Positions 56,618-64,000 of a stretch of 64,000 nt of DNA are shown piece by piece. The translations under genes and the position numbers were made by a program. The DNA comes from Candidatus Dormiibacterota bacterium (GTDB lineage: Bacteria; Chloroflexota; Dormibacteria; Aeolococcales; Bog-877). The notes under the pieces were generated by a model. It saw only the letters and a list, made by a program, of their open reading frames with translations. It did not search any database and was not told where the DNA came from. The DNA is taken from NCBI GenBank assembly GCA_035534915.1, contig DATLQZ010000005.1, positions 6,123 to 70,122 of the forward strand. Direction: 5' to 3'. Every line of letters begins with the position of its first letter. The first letter of the stretch is position 1.

Positions 56618-57559
56618 GTGGGCTCGAACACCGTCCACCTCCTCGTGGCGACCTTCGAGCCGCGCGGCTTGGCCGAGCGGCTGCACGCCGTCGAGATGGT
56701 CAATCTCGGACACGAAGTGACAACGCGCGGCAAGCTGGGAGATGAGGTGATAGCCCGCACTGCCGACACCCTGGCCCAGATGATCGAGCTCGCCAGGAGC
56801 GAATCGGTGGAGGCTATGGGCCTGGTGGCAACCGAAGCGATTCGCAACGCGCCCGACTCCCCGCAGCTGATCGAAGCTGTGCGAAAGCTGACCGGAGAGA
56901 CCATCAGCGTCCTGACTGGGGAGGCTGAGGCGCGTCTAAGCTACTTGGGAGCTACCGCCTTCAAGGTCCCGGCTGGCCAACCCGCCACGGTGGCGGATGT
57001 GGGAGGTGGCAGCACCGAGGTCGTCCAGGGCAAGGGGACCCGGCCCCGCAACGGCACCAGCCTCAAGCTAGGGTCCGACCAACTGTTGGGGCTGGTAGGC
57101 GCCGCCGATCCGCTTTCCGGCCAGCAGCGTGTTCACGCCGCGGCAAGAGTGTCGATGATCCTGGAGGCGGTTCCCAGAGAGGAGGAGCCCGGCCTCCTCA
57201 TGGCGACCGGGGGCACCGCCTCCAATGTTCCGGTCATGCTGGGCATGAGAGCGCCTGCGGAATCCTCCGCGGTCATCTCTTTGCACCCGGAGGTCGGCGA
57301 CCCCTGGACGCTCGTCCCTCGGGGCGAGGTGGAGCGCGCCTTGGAGCTGGCCATGAGCATGTCCAGCGCGGCGCTCGCGGGTACCACCGGGCTTAGCCTC
57401 AAACGGGCCCGGCTCATGGCCGGGGGCCTCGTGATCCTGTGGGGTCTGCTGGACCGATACCAGGCAGCCGAGCTCACGGTGACCGAGCGAGGACTGCGCG
57501 ACGGGGTGCTGCTGGCACTGGCCGCGGCCCGTGACCGCCGCCCTGCCAGTTCGGGTTGA
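56618..57559 (+). CDS. ppx: Ppx/GppA family phosphatase
   Basis: (LAAIDV)GSNTVHLLVA, EAIRNA and DVGGGSTE are ASKHA motifs. The first canonical start (GTG 56618) would remove the conserved AAIDxGSN Asp, so the true start is probably CTG 56591 or 56603. Confidence 0.85.
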   Translation: MGSNTVHLLVATFEPRGLAERLHAVEMVNLGHEVTTRGKLGDEVIARTADTLAQMIELARSESVEAMGLVATEAIRNAPDSPQLIEAVRKLTGETISVLTGEAEARLSYLGATAFKVPAGQPATVADVGGGSTEVVQGKGTRPRNGTSLKLGSDQLLGLVGAADPLSGQQRVHAAARVSMILEAVPREEEPGLLMATGGTASNVPVMLGMRAPAESSAVISLHPEVGDPWTLVPRGEVERALELAMSMSSAALAGTTGLSLKRARLMAGGLVILWGLLDRYQAAELTVTERGLRDGVLLALAAARDRRPASSG

Positions 57560-57607
57560 CCCGCGCCGTCTGAGATCTGCTCCGACCGTTCCTCTAAGCT
57601 GGGTTCG

Positions 57608-58297
57608 ATGGCGCTGTTCGACTTTCACACCCACACGACAATCTCCGACGGTCACGCCGCACCCCTGGAGATGGCACGACGGTGCCTCCAGAATGGATAC
57701 GCCGCCTACATCTGCAGCGATCACGTAGATGAGGCCACGGTTGAGCGGCGTGTGCCGGAGATCGTTGAGGCCTGCCTTCAAGTATCCCGGGAGCTGGAAC
57801 TGCCGACGGTGCCGGCGGTCGAGGTGACCCGGGTCCCGCCAGGGCGGGTCGCCTGGGTGGCCTCCAGGGCCAGGGTACTGGGAGCACGACTCGTGGTCGT
57901 TCACGGAGAAACGCTGGGCGACTTCCCTCAGCCCGGCCTCAACCTGGCGGCCGCGCGCTGCCCGGACGTCGACATCCTGGGTCACCCCGGTCTCATCTCG
58001 AAGGAGGCGGCCGAGGCCGCCAGGGAGAACGGTATCCACCTGGAAATCAGCGGTGCCGGGCTGCACGGGCTGACCAACGGTCACGTCGCCAAGATGGCCC
58101 TCTTGGTCGGCGCCGGTCTGGTGCTGGATTCGGATGCCCACAGACCAGAGGCGCTGCTCACGCTGACCAGGGCCCGTCAGGTTCTGGAGGGATGCGGACT
58201 AGACCTGGGTGAGGTTGGACGCATCTCAGCTGACTCCCCATTCACGATCCTCGCAAGAAGGGGAATCGAACTGCCGCTCCCCTCTACACCCGACTGA
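57608..58297 (+). CDS. PHP-domain phosphoesterase (histidinol-phosphatase-like)
   Basis: FDFHTHTTISDG, SDH and VVHGE metal-ligand motifs. Confidence 0.8.
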   Translation: MALFDFHTHTTISDGHAAPLEMARRCLQNGYAAYICSDHVDEATVERRVPEIVEACLQVSRELELPTVPAVEVTRVPPGRVAWVASRARVLGARLVVVHGETLGDFPQPGLNLAAARCPDVDILGHPGLISKEAAEAARENGIHLEISGAGLHGLTNGHVAKMALLVGAGLVLDSDAHRPEALLTLTRARQVLEGCGLDLGEVGRISADSPFTILARRGIELPLPSTPD

Positions 58298-58313
58298 TCG
58301 GCTCAGGGGCCAA

Positions 58314-58952
58314 TCACCCAGACCCGGAAGCGGTTGGGTTTGGAGTTATCGGCGGTTGGGGAGAAGGTCCCGGGCCAGGTGAGTCTTGAGCTGTGGGAGA
58401 AGCGAATGGAGTGGGGGTGAAAGTCGGGCTCGGGGTGTTGGTGGGCAAGGACTCCACGTCATTCAGTTGAGCCACCAGCAGGGTCCCATTCGGCCCCTGC
58501 GAGAAGGTGACGACCACGGCCTCCCCCGGGATAAGGGCTGAGAGCGAACTTGCCGCCCCACCCCGAGTGATCTTGGAATTGGAGTTTACGAAGGCCTGAA
58601 TGGGCGCCCCCGCCGACGGTTGAATGGCGACCAAGTTCTCGGCGACCGAGACCGCCACGATGGTGCCGTTGATTGGAGACCCCACCAGGCTCGAGACGCT
58701 CGGGCTCGCGCTGGGGTGGATCGATCCAGCTCGGGAATGGCTGCCCGAGCCTCCCGCGCTCGCGAAGATGGTGAGGGAAGCCGCCACCATCCCCGCGGCC
58801 AGCACCCCCAGAGCGGCGATGACCAGAATGATCACAAGCCCGAACCCGACATGGCGCCGAATCCTCCGAGCTGGGCTCCTCCTGGCAGCGCTCGCCCGCC
58901 GTCGCGGCTTTCGAGCAGCGCGCCGTCCCTCGGGAACCTGAGCCTCCGCCAA
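58314..58952 (-). CDS. hypothetical membrane-anchored protein with Pro/Thr/Ser-rich C-terminus
   Basis: 212 aa with a basic N-terminus, one TM helix, a beta-rich domain, and a TNTPSPTFTPTP...PQPPITPNPT tail. Confidence 0.6.
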   Translation of the reverse strand: MAEAQVPEGRRAARKPRRRASAARRSPARRIRRHVGFGLVIILVIAALGVLAAGMVAASLTIFASAGGSGSHSRAGSIHPSASPSVSSLVGSPINGTIVAVSVAENLVAIQPSAGAPIQAFVNSNSKITRGGAASSLSALIPGEAVVVTFSQGPNGTLLVAQLNDVESLPTNTPSPTFTPTPFASPTAQDSPGPGPSPQPPITPNPTASGSG

Positions 58953-59016
58953 GGACCTTCCTCCTAACCCGGATCAGGGCGCACGATGCCGACAGAGCCG
59001 ACAGCCAGCTCCAGAA

Positions 59017-59047
59017 TTGACCACGGCCCAGAGTCCCGGAGTATAAA
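59017..59047 (+). promoter_or_regulatory. possible leuS promoter
   Basis: TTGACC-N18/19-(G)TATAAA, about 45 nt upstream of the leuS ATG. Confidence 0.3.
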
Positions 59048-59092
59048 TGACAGCTCGGAGGTGGTCCCTATCAGTATCATCAACTCCCACCC

Positions 59093-61510
59093 ATGCCTCT
59101 GGAATACGACCATCGCGCCATCGAGGCCAAATGGCAGGCAAAGTGGCGGCTGACAGGTCTCAATGAACCGGACCTCGAGGCCTCCGCGGAACCCTACTAC
59201 AACCTCATGATGTTTCCGTACCCCTCTGCAGAGGGGCTCCACGTGGGAAACATGTACGCCTTCTCTGGCGCTGACGTCCACGGCCGCTTCCAGCGGATGC
59301 AGGGGAAGCAGGTGTTCGAACCGATGGGCTTCGACGCCTTTGGAATCCACAGCGAGAACTTCGCTCTCAAGGTGGGTCGCCACCCGACTGACCTGATCGC
59401 CTCCAACGTGGCCAACTTTCGGCGGCAGTTAGAACGGCTGGGAGGCCAGTTCGCCTGGAGCAAGACCGTCGCGACCACCGACCCCAAGTACTACCGCTGG
59501 ACCCAGTGGCTGTTTTTGACGCTATGGAAAGGGGGCCTGGCGTACCGGGCCCGCCGCAATGTCAAGTGGTGCCCGGTTGACCTCACGGTCCTGGCCGACG
59601 AGCAGGTTATGGGTGACGGGACCTGCGAGCGCTGCGGAACTCTGGTGGTGGAGCGGGAGTTGGAGCAATGGTTCCTGCGGATTTCCGCTTATACCGAGAA
59701 ACTCCTGGCCGACCTGGATTGGCTGGATTGGTCGGAGAGCACCAAGCTGCTCCAGCGCCACTGGATCGGTCGCAGTGAGGGGTCCCAGATCGACTTCCCA
59801 GTTGATGGAGCGGAACCTCTGCGGGTCTTCACCACCAGGCCCGACACCATCTTCGGCGCCACCTTCATGGTGCTCGCGCCGGACCACCCCCGCACGCTGG
59901 AGCTGGCCAGCTCGGAGGCGCGGGCCCAGGTCGCCAGCTACGTTTCCGAGGCTGCCAGGCGGCGGATCGCAGGGGTCCGAGAGTCCGCGGACTCGACCAG
60001 GGGAATCGCTCTCGGAAGAAGTGCTCGACACCCGCTGACGGGGCGGCCGATCCCGCTCTACACAGCGGAGTACGTCCTCTCGGGATACGGCACCGGCGCC
60101 ATCATGGCTGTTCCCGCGCACGACAGCCGCGACCTTGCCTTCGCCAGCGCCTTCAACCTGCCGGTGGTGGAGGTGTTGGCTGGAAGCTCTGGGCCGAGGG
60201 CACACTCGGAAGCCAGTGTCCTGGTCAACAGCGGAGACTTTGATGGCTTGGCGGCTCCTGATCCTGCGCGTGAAGTCCTCACCGCAGCCCTCGCGGAGAG
60301 GGGCCTGGGACAGCGCCACGTGACCTACAAACTGCGTGACTGGGGCATTTCCCGCCAACGCTATTGGGGACCCCCGATTCCGGCCATCCATTGCCCGGTT
60401 CATGGGGCGGTCCCGGTGCCGGAGGATCAGCTCCCGGTGCTGCTCCCATACATCGAGGACTTCCGACCGCTCGGCTCGGGGGAGTCACCACTCGCCCGAG
60501 ACCCCGAATTTTACAACACGACCTGCCCAGAATGCGGTGGCCCCGCGAAGCGAGAGACAGATGTCTCTGATAACTTCCTGGACAGCGCCTGGTACTACCT
60601 CCGTTACCCCTCCGCGGACCGCGACGACGTCGCCTTTGACCGGGAGCTGACCAGGAGATGGCTGCCGGTAGACACCTACATCGGGGGCAACGAGCACGCC
60701 GTTCTCCATCTCCTCTATTCGCGCTTCATCGCCATGGCACTGCACGACCTCGGCTATCTCAACTTTGAGGAGCCCTTTAAGCGGTTTCGCGCCCACGGCA
60801 TGATCCTGAAGGATGGCGCCAAGATGTCCAAGTCGCGGGGGAACGTGGTCGTCCCCGACGAATATCTGGATCGGTTCGGCGCCGACGCGTTCCGGCTCTA
60901 CCTGATGTCCATGGGACCATTTGCCGAGGGTGGAGACTTCCGGGAGAGCGGGGTCAACGGGCCTCAGCGCTTCCTGACCCACATCTTCCGTCTTCTGGAT
61001 CGGCTCAGCGCCGAAGGTCCCGCGCCCGAGGAGCCGCTCGAGCTCGCCCGAGCTCGACATCGCTGCATTCGGGATGTGACCAGAGATACCCCGGAGCTCA
61101 AGTACAACACCGCGATCGCAGCCATGATGTCCTTCGTCAAATTGCTGCAGGCAAGCGCTTCACCAGTCCCTGGGGAGGCGATGGAGACCCTGGCGCTCCT
61201 GCTCGCCCCCTACTGCCCGCACACAGCCGAGGAGCTCTGGGAGCGACTCGGCAACGAGTACTCTGTCCACCAGCAAAGGTGGCCCAAGGTCGACCCCGAG
61301 ATGCTCGCTCAGGACCACGTGGTGGTCGTGATCTCGATCAATGGCAAAAAGCGCGACCAGCTCCAGGTCGCCCCAGGGCTCGCCAAAGACGAACTCATTC
61401 AACGAGCGCTCGCCTCGGTTCGAATCCAGCAGTTCCTTGCGGACCGCGAGCCGTCTCGAATCTTCGTGGTTCCTGATCGCCAGGTGAACCTGGTGGTTGC
61501 GCCCGACTGA
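59093..61510 (+). CDS. leuS: leucyl-tRNA synthetase
   Basis: 805 aa. IEAKWQAKW, PYPSAEGLHVGN (HIGH-type) and KMSKSRGN (KMSKS). Confidence 0.97.
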   Translation: MPLEYDHRAIEAKWQAKWRLTGLNEPDLEASAEPYYNLMMFPYPSAEGLHVGNMYAFSGADVHGRFQRMQGKQVFEPMGFDAFGIHSENFALKVGRHPTDLIASNVANFRRQLERLGGQFAWSKTVATTDPKYYRWTQWLFLTLWKGGLAYRARRNVKWCPVDLTVLADEQVMGDGTCERCGTLVVERELEQWFLRISAYTEKLLADLDWLDWSESTKLLQRHWIGRSEGSQIDFPVDGAEPLRVFTTRPDTIFGATFMVLAPDHPRTLELASSEARAQVASYVSEAARRRIAGVRESADSTRGIALGRSARHPLTGRPIPLYTAEYVLSGYGTGAIMAVPAHDSRDLAFASAFNLPVVEVLAGSSGPRAHSEASVLVNSGDFDGLAAPDPAREVLTAALAERGLGQRHVTYKLRDWGISRQRYWGPPIPAIHCPVHGAVPVPEDQLPVLLPYIEDFRPLGSGESPLARDPEFYNTTCPECGGPAKRETDVSDNFLDSAWYYLRYPSADRDDVAFDRELTRRWLPVDTYIGGNEHAVLHLLYSRFIAMALHDLGYLNFEEPFKRFRAHGMILKDGAKMSKSRGNVVVPDEYLDRFGADAFRLYLMSMGPFAEGGDFRESGVNGPQRFLTHIFRLLDRLSAEGPAPEEPLELARARHRCIRDVTRDTPELKYNTAIAAMMSFVKLLQASASPVPGEAMETLALLLAPYCPHTAEELWERLGNEYSVHQQRWPKVDPEMLAQDHVVVVISINGKKRDQLQVAPGLAKDELIQRALASVRIQQFLADREPSRIFVVPDRQVNLVVAPD

Positions 61511-61514
61511 ACCC

Positions 61515-62324
61515 TTACCGGACCTCCCATCCGGAGCGCCGCGCGACGATGACGCCGGCTTCCGACGTGACCTCCCAGAATCCACTGGACTCGATAGCTG
61601 CCTGCACCCGGTGACGGATTTCAGCTTCTCCTTTCGCCGAGAGGGCCGGCTCCGGTAACGAGCGCAGGTACTCGATGACCAGCTCCGGGTCCCTCACAAA
61701 AAGCCGAGTGGGGTGCCTGCGCACGACCGCCTCCGGGAACCACGGCAGCAGCTGGTCAGGCCCGTTCTCCAGATCAAAGAGGGCGGAGACAGGTGGAGTC
61801 GCCTCCCCGCCGCCGTACACCTCGTGCAGCTCTCTCAGCTCACGCAGGTGTTCGGGCCCGTTGGTGGCGGCCAGCAGCAGCGCTCCGGGAGCGGTCACCC
61901 TGGCCAGCTCCGCCACTGCGAAGGGGCGCTCCTGAATGTGGTACAGCATGTGGTTGGCGACGGCGGCATCAAACGCCGCATGCGCAAAGGGCAGACGGAT
62001 ACAGTCCGCGACCAAAGTGGTCACCGAACAAGCCAACCTAGCTGTTGCCGAGATCGCCTCCTCGATCATCCCCGGCGAAAGGTCGGTCAGGGTTAGAGAC
62101 CAAGAGGCAGGGATCCGATCCGAATTTTCAGCCCAGAGCCAAGCGGGCCCACAGCCGACTTCGAGAATCCGAGCCCCCCTGGGCAAATCGATCTGCTCGA
62201 AGACAAACCGCTGCCAGCGGCCGCCTCCCTCGGAGCTGGTCTGATGGAGCCGCTGCCGAGCCCGGAGTTTGGAACCGTCCCGATACTGCCTCTTCGTCAG
62301 ATAGCTGCGATCTTGAAGATCCAC
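61515..62324 (-). CDS. class I SAM-dependent methyltransferase
   Basis: Motif I ILEVGCGPA, plus TDLSPGM. Confidence 0.8.
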   Translation of the reverse strand: MDLQDRSYLTKRQYRDGSKLRARQRLHQTSSEGGGRWQRFVFEQIDLPRGARILEVGCGPAWLWAENSDRIPASWSLTLTDLSPGMIEEAISATARLACSVTTLVADCIRLPFAHAAFDAAVANHMLYHIQERPFAVAELARVTAPGALLLAATNGPEHLRELRELHEVYGGGEATPPVSALFDLENGPDQLLPWFPEAVVRRHPTRLFVRDPELVIEYLRSLPEPALSAKGEAEIRHRVQAAIESSGFWEVTSEAGVIVARRSGWEVR

Positions 62325-62381
62325 CCGCAGATGGTAGGGCTCCGCCGCACTCCGCCTCTGCCGTCCTATCCTTGCCAGGTG

Positions 62382-62458
62382 CGGCCCGTAGCTCAGCCGG
62401 TTAGAGCGGGGCTCTTATAAAGCTCAGGTCGTGGGTTCGAGTCCCACCGGGCCGACCA
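62382..62458 (+). tRNA. tRNA-Ile (anticodon UAU)
   Basis: Hand-folded cloverleaf. Acceptor CGGCCCG/CGGGCCG (C1-G72), D-arm GCTCAGCCGGTTAGAGC, anticodon stem GGGCT/AGCTC with loop CTTATAA, T-arm GTGGGTTCGAGTCCCAC, A73, CCA. Confidence 0.85.
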
Positions 62459-62520
62459 AAAGTGAATTCGCCAAGAGCCGCAGAGATTCGCCGACGTGTG
62501 CCAATGGCCGCCTGGTAGAG

Positions 62521-62556
62521 GGCAAAGTGAGTGGGTAGCTGGTGCCTCACTTTGCC
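62521..62556. repeat. perfect 11-bp inverted repeat (hairpin) 63 nt downstream of tRNA-Ile
   Basis: GGCAAAGTGAG-N14-CTCACTTTGCC. No T-run follows on either strand. Confidence 0.7.
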
Positions 62557-62667
62557 AAACGGGACGTCGAAGGGCCAGCCGGTAGGTGGCACCCTCGTCC
62601 GGCACCAGCGTCATGCCCGATGGGCCCCGCCCCCTCACTGCCGCTCTCCGGCGGCCGACCCGCAGCG

Positions 62668-62916
62668 TCATTCCTGGTTGAGGGAATGATCTCCCCAGGT
62701 GCGATTCTCGCTGAAGTAATATCCGGAGTCGACCTGGCGGCGGTGGCTGGCTACTCTGACGGTGGTCGCGTTGCCGTCGAGCCGGCGGCCGAAACGCTAC
62801 TGCGGGGCGAGTTGGTGCTGCTCCCTGAGGCCAATCATCTGCAGGCGATCTGGAGGTCGTACCTTACCGGCTCCAGTCATCCGGTAGTTCCTCCAGCGCA
62901 CCTTCAGTGGCCCCAT
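62668..62916 (-). pseudogene. 83-codon ORF interrupted by an in-frame TAG (62797-62799), unknown family
   Basis: High-GC3 frame reads MGPLKVRWRNYRMTGAGKVRPPDRLQMIGLREQHQLAPQ*RFGRRLDGNATTVRVASHRRQVDSGYYFSENRTWGDHSLNQE*. Confidence 0.35.
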
Positions 62917-63182
62917 TTAGGGCTGTCAGTCCAGCCAGCCGCGCTTCGCGGCATCGGCCCGAGTGGTGTTCGAGCCAGTCGTATTTGGGACCGGCACTGG
63001 CGCAGCTGAGCTGGCGGCTACTCTCCAGCAGTTTTGCTGACCCCCATCCGCCAGGGGGGCCGACAAGCGGGATGCTCCACCTCGGACCGATCCCGTTCCG
63101 GCCAGAATCCAACTCCCTCCCCGGCGCCCAACACTCCCGGACAGGGCGATGCTGAACCCCCGTCCATCCTCCGGAATGCCGC

Positions 63183-63566
63183 TCAGGTTGTGGTGACGGT
63201 CCTGATCACGTCAGCCCCGGCGGCTGCGGTCAGCCGCTGGTCGTAGACGACCACTCCCTCCAGATCCTTGCCGACCTCAATGGCGGTGGGGCGAGATGCA
63301 GTGCCTCGAGCGGTCGGCGCTTGGATCGATGGAGGTGGCCCGGCGCGAAGAAGGTAGTATCCATGGGGGACCAGCCACTCGGTGTCCAGGGCGGTCGCGA
63401 TCGCCTCCTGGCTGATTGCCAGCCGAGCGCCCGCTCGGCCTGCAGCTCCGCGGGCACCGAAACGGTCCCGACTGAGCGGAGCACCTGGTCGGGCAGGAGC
63501 GCCCCGGCGGGTGGCCGCGCCGACAGGGGCGCTGAGAACTGCCGCCGACCTTTCCCGGGTGGGCAT
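63183..63566 (-). CDS. hypothetical protein, possibly decayed PIN/VapC-like (C-terminus only)
   Basis: 127-aa ORF. Only the tail IEVGKDLEGVVVYDQRLTAAAGADV resembles the C-terminus of PIN toxins. The Arg/Ala-rich N-terminal half looks non-native. Confidence 0.25.
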   Translation of the reverse strand: MPTRERSAAVLSAPVGAATRRGAPARPGAPLSRDRFGARGAAGRAGARLAISQEAIATALDTEWLVPHGYYLLRAGPPPSIQAPTARGTASRPTAIEVGKDLEGVVVYDQRLTAAAGADVIRTVTTT

Positions 63567-64000
63567 AGACCTTCTGTTGCACTCAGGTGAGGGCGGCGAC
63601 GCAAGGATGAAGGCGCAGGCCGGCTAGCTGCAGCAGTTGCCGGGATGCATCACCTGCTGCTTGACCACGGAGGTCATGGGCAGAGCGATCGACCGTAACG
63701 GGGCGGTGGCCGCATGCCCTGGCGGGCTGGACGATGCTGGAGCAGCCGGAGCGGCGATGGTGGCCATCTGTGGGGCTGCCGACCGTTAGGACAGCCAGTG
63801 CAGCCGGCGTCAGGGTCCGGCAAGCCCAGCAGCAAGGCTGCCATGCTGCTCAACCCTTCACCGATCGCTTCAGGGCGCTTGCCCGGACGCCGAGAGCGGG
63901 GACGTGGCAGAAGTCTGGTGCACCCAGGGCCTGTCGTGAGATCGACAGCGGTCAGGCAACTTTCGACGCCCTGCTCAACGGGTGCGCCCAGTGGCGAGGA

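Noticed and set aside
58953-59092. T-box riboswitch upstream of leuS (GGAGGTGGTCCC resembles the GGUGGUACC T-box core).
   Set aside because: The leader is only ~140 nt in total and ~45 nt after the likely promoter. There is no Stem I or specifier-loop architecture, and the core match is partial. A short GGUGG/CCACC hairpin near the start codon is all that is visible.
62542-63112. Track ORFs 62542-63009 (+) and 62864-63112 (-) downstream of tRNA-Ile.
   Set aside because: Neither has recognisable motifs and codon bias is mixed. They overlap each other and the TAG-interrupted frame, so they are treated as part of the debris field rather than genes.

Overview
High-GC, tightly packed bacterial chromosomal window, mostly housekeeping genes. 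It holds three aminoacyl-tRNA synthetases (serS, lysS, leuS), greA, coaX and a tRNA-dihydrouridine synthase. There is an argC-J-B-D-R-G-H arginine operon with no argF, plus lgt and a Ski2/HelY-type helicase. An aa3-type cytochrome oxidase cluster (ctaC-ctaD-ctaA plus tiny membrane subunits) is followed by aconitase, a TPP-riboswitch-controlled thiC, birA, pepA and ppx. Three tRNA genes are present: Ser-UGA, Arg-CCG and Ile-UAU. Gene content looks Actinobacteria/Chloroflexi-like (CtaF-like subunit, HelY, PIG-L deacetylase, argR inside the arg operon), but taxonomy cannot be assigned from this alone. Three small accessory or decayed patches each sit beside a tRNA gene. (i) 1.7-4.3 kb is a graveyard of transposase, integrase, MFS and ClpP fragments around tRNA-Ser. 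(ii) 46.8-50.0 kb has thiC and its riboswitch between two decayed IS4-family transposase 3' ends, next to tRNA-Arg. (iii) 62.46-64.0 kb is gene debris downstream of tRNA-Ile. I saw no CRISPR array, rRNA, intact prophage or recognisable defence system, and no convincing multi-gene novel system. The items most worth a second look are listed here. (1) A genomically encoded tRNA-Ile with a UAU anticodon. (2) The IS-flanked thiC cassette. (3) An orphan strong terminator with a candidate C-rich sRNA between greA and coaX. (4) An unlisted 31-aa transmembrane micro-ORF and other tiny subunits in the cta operon. (5) A USP-USP-PCP_red-rubredoxin-PCP_red fusion protein. (6) A membrane protein built from three internal repeats. 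All family assignments come from motif recognition by eye, not database searches. Start codons are often uncertain.
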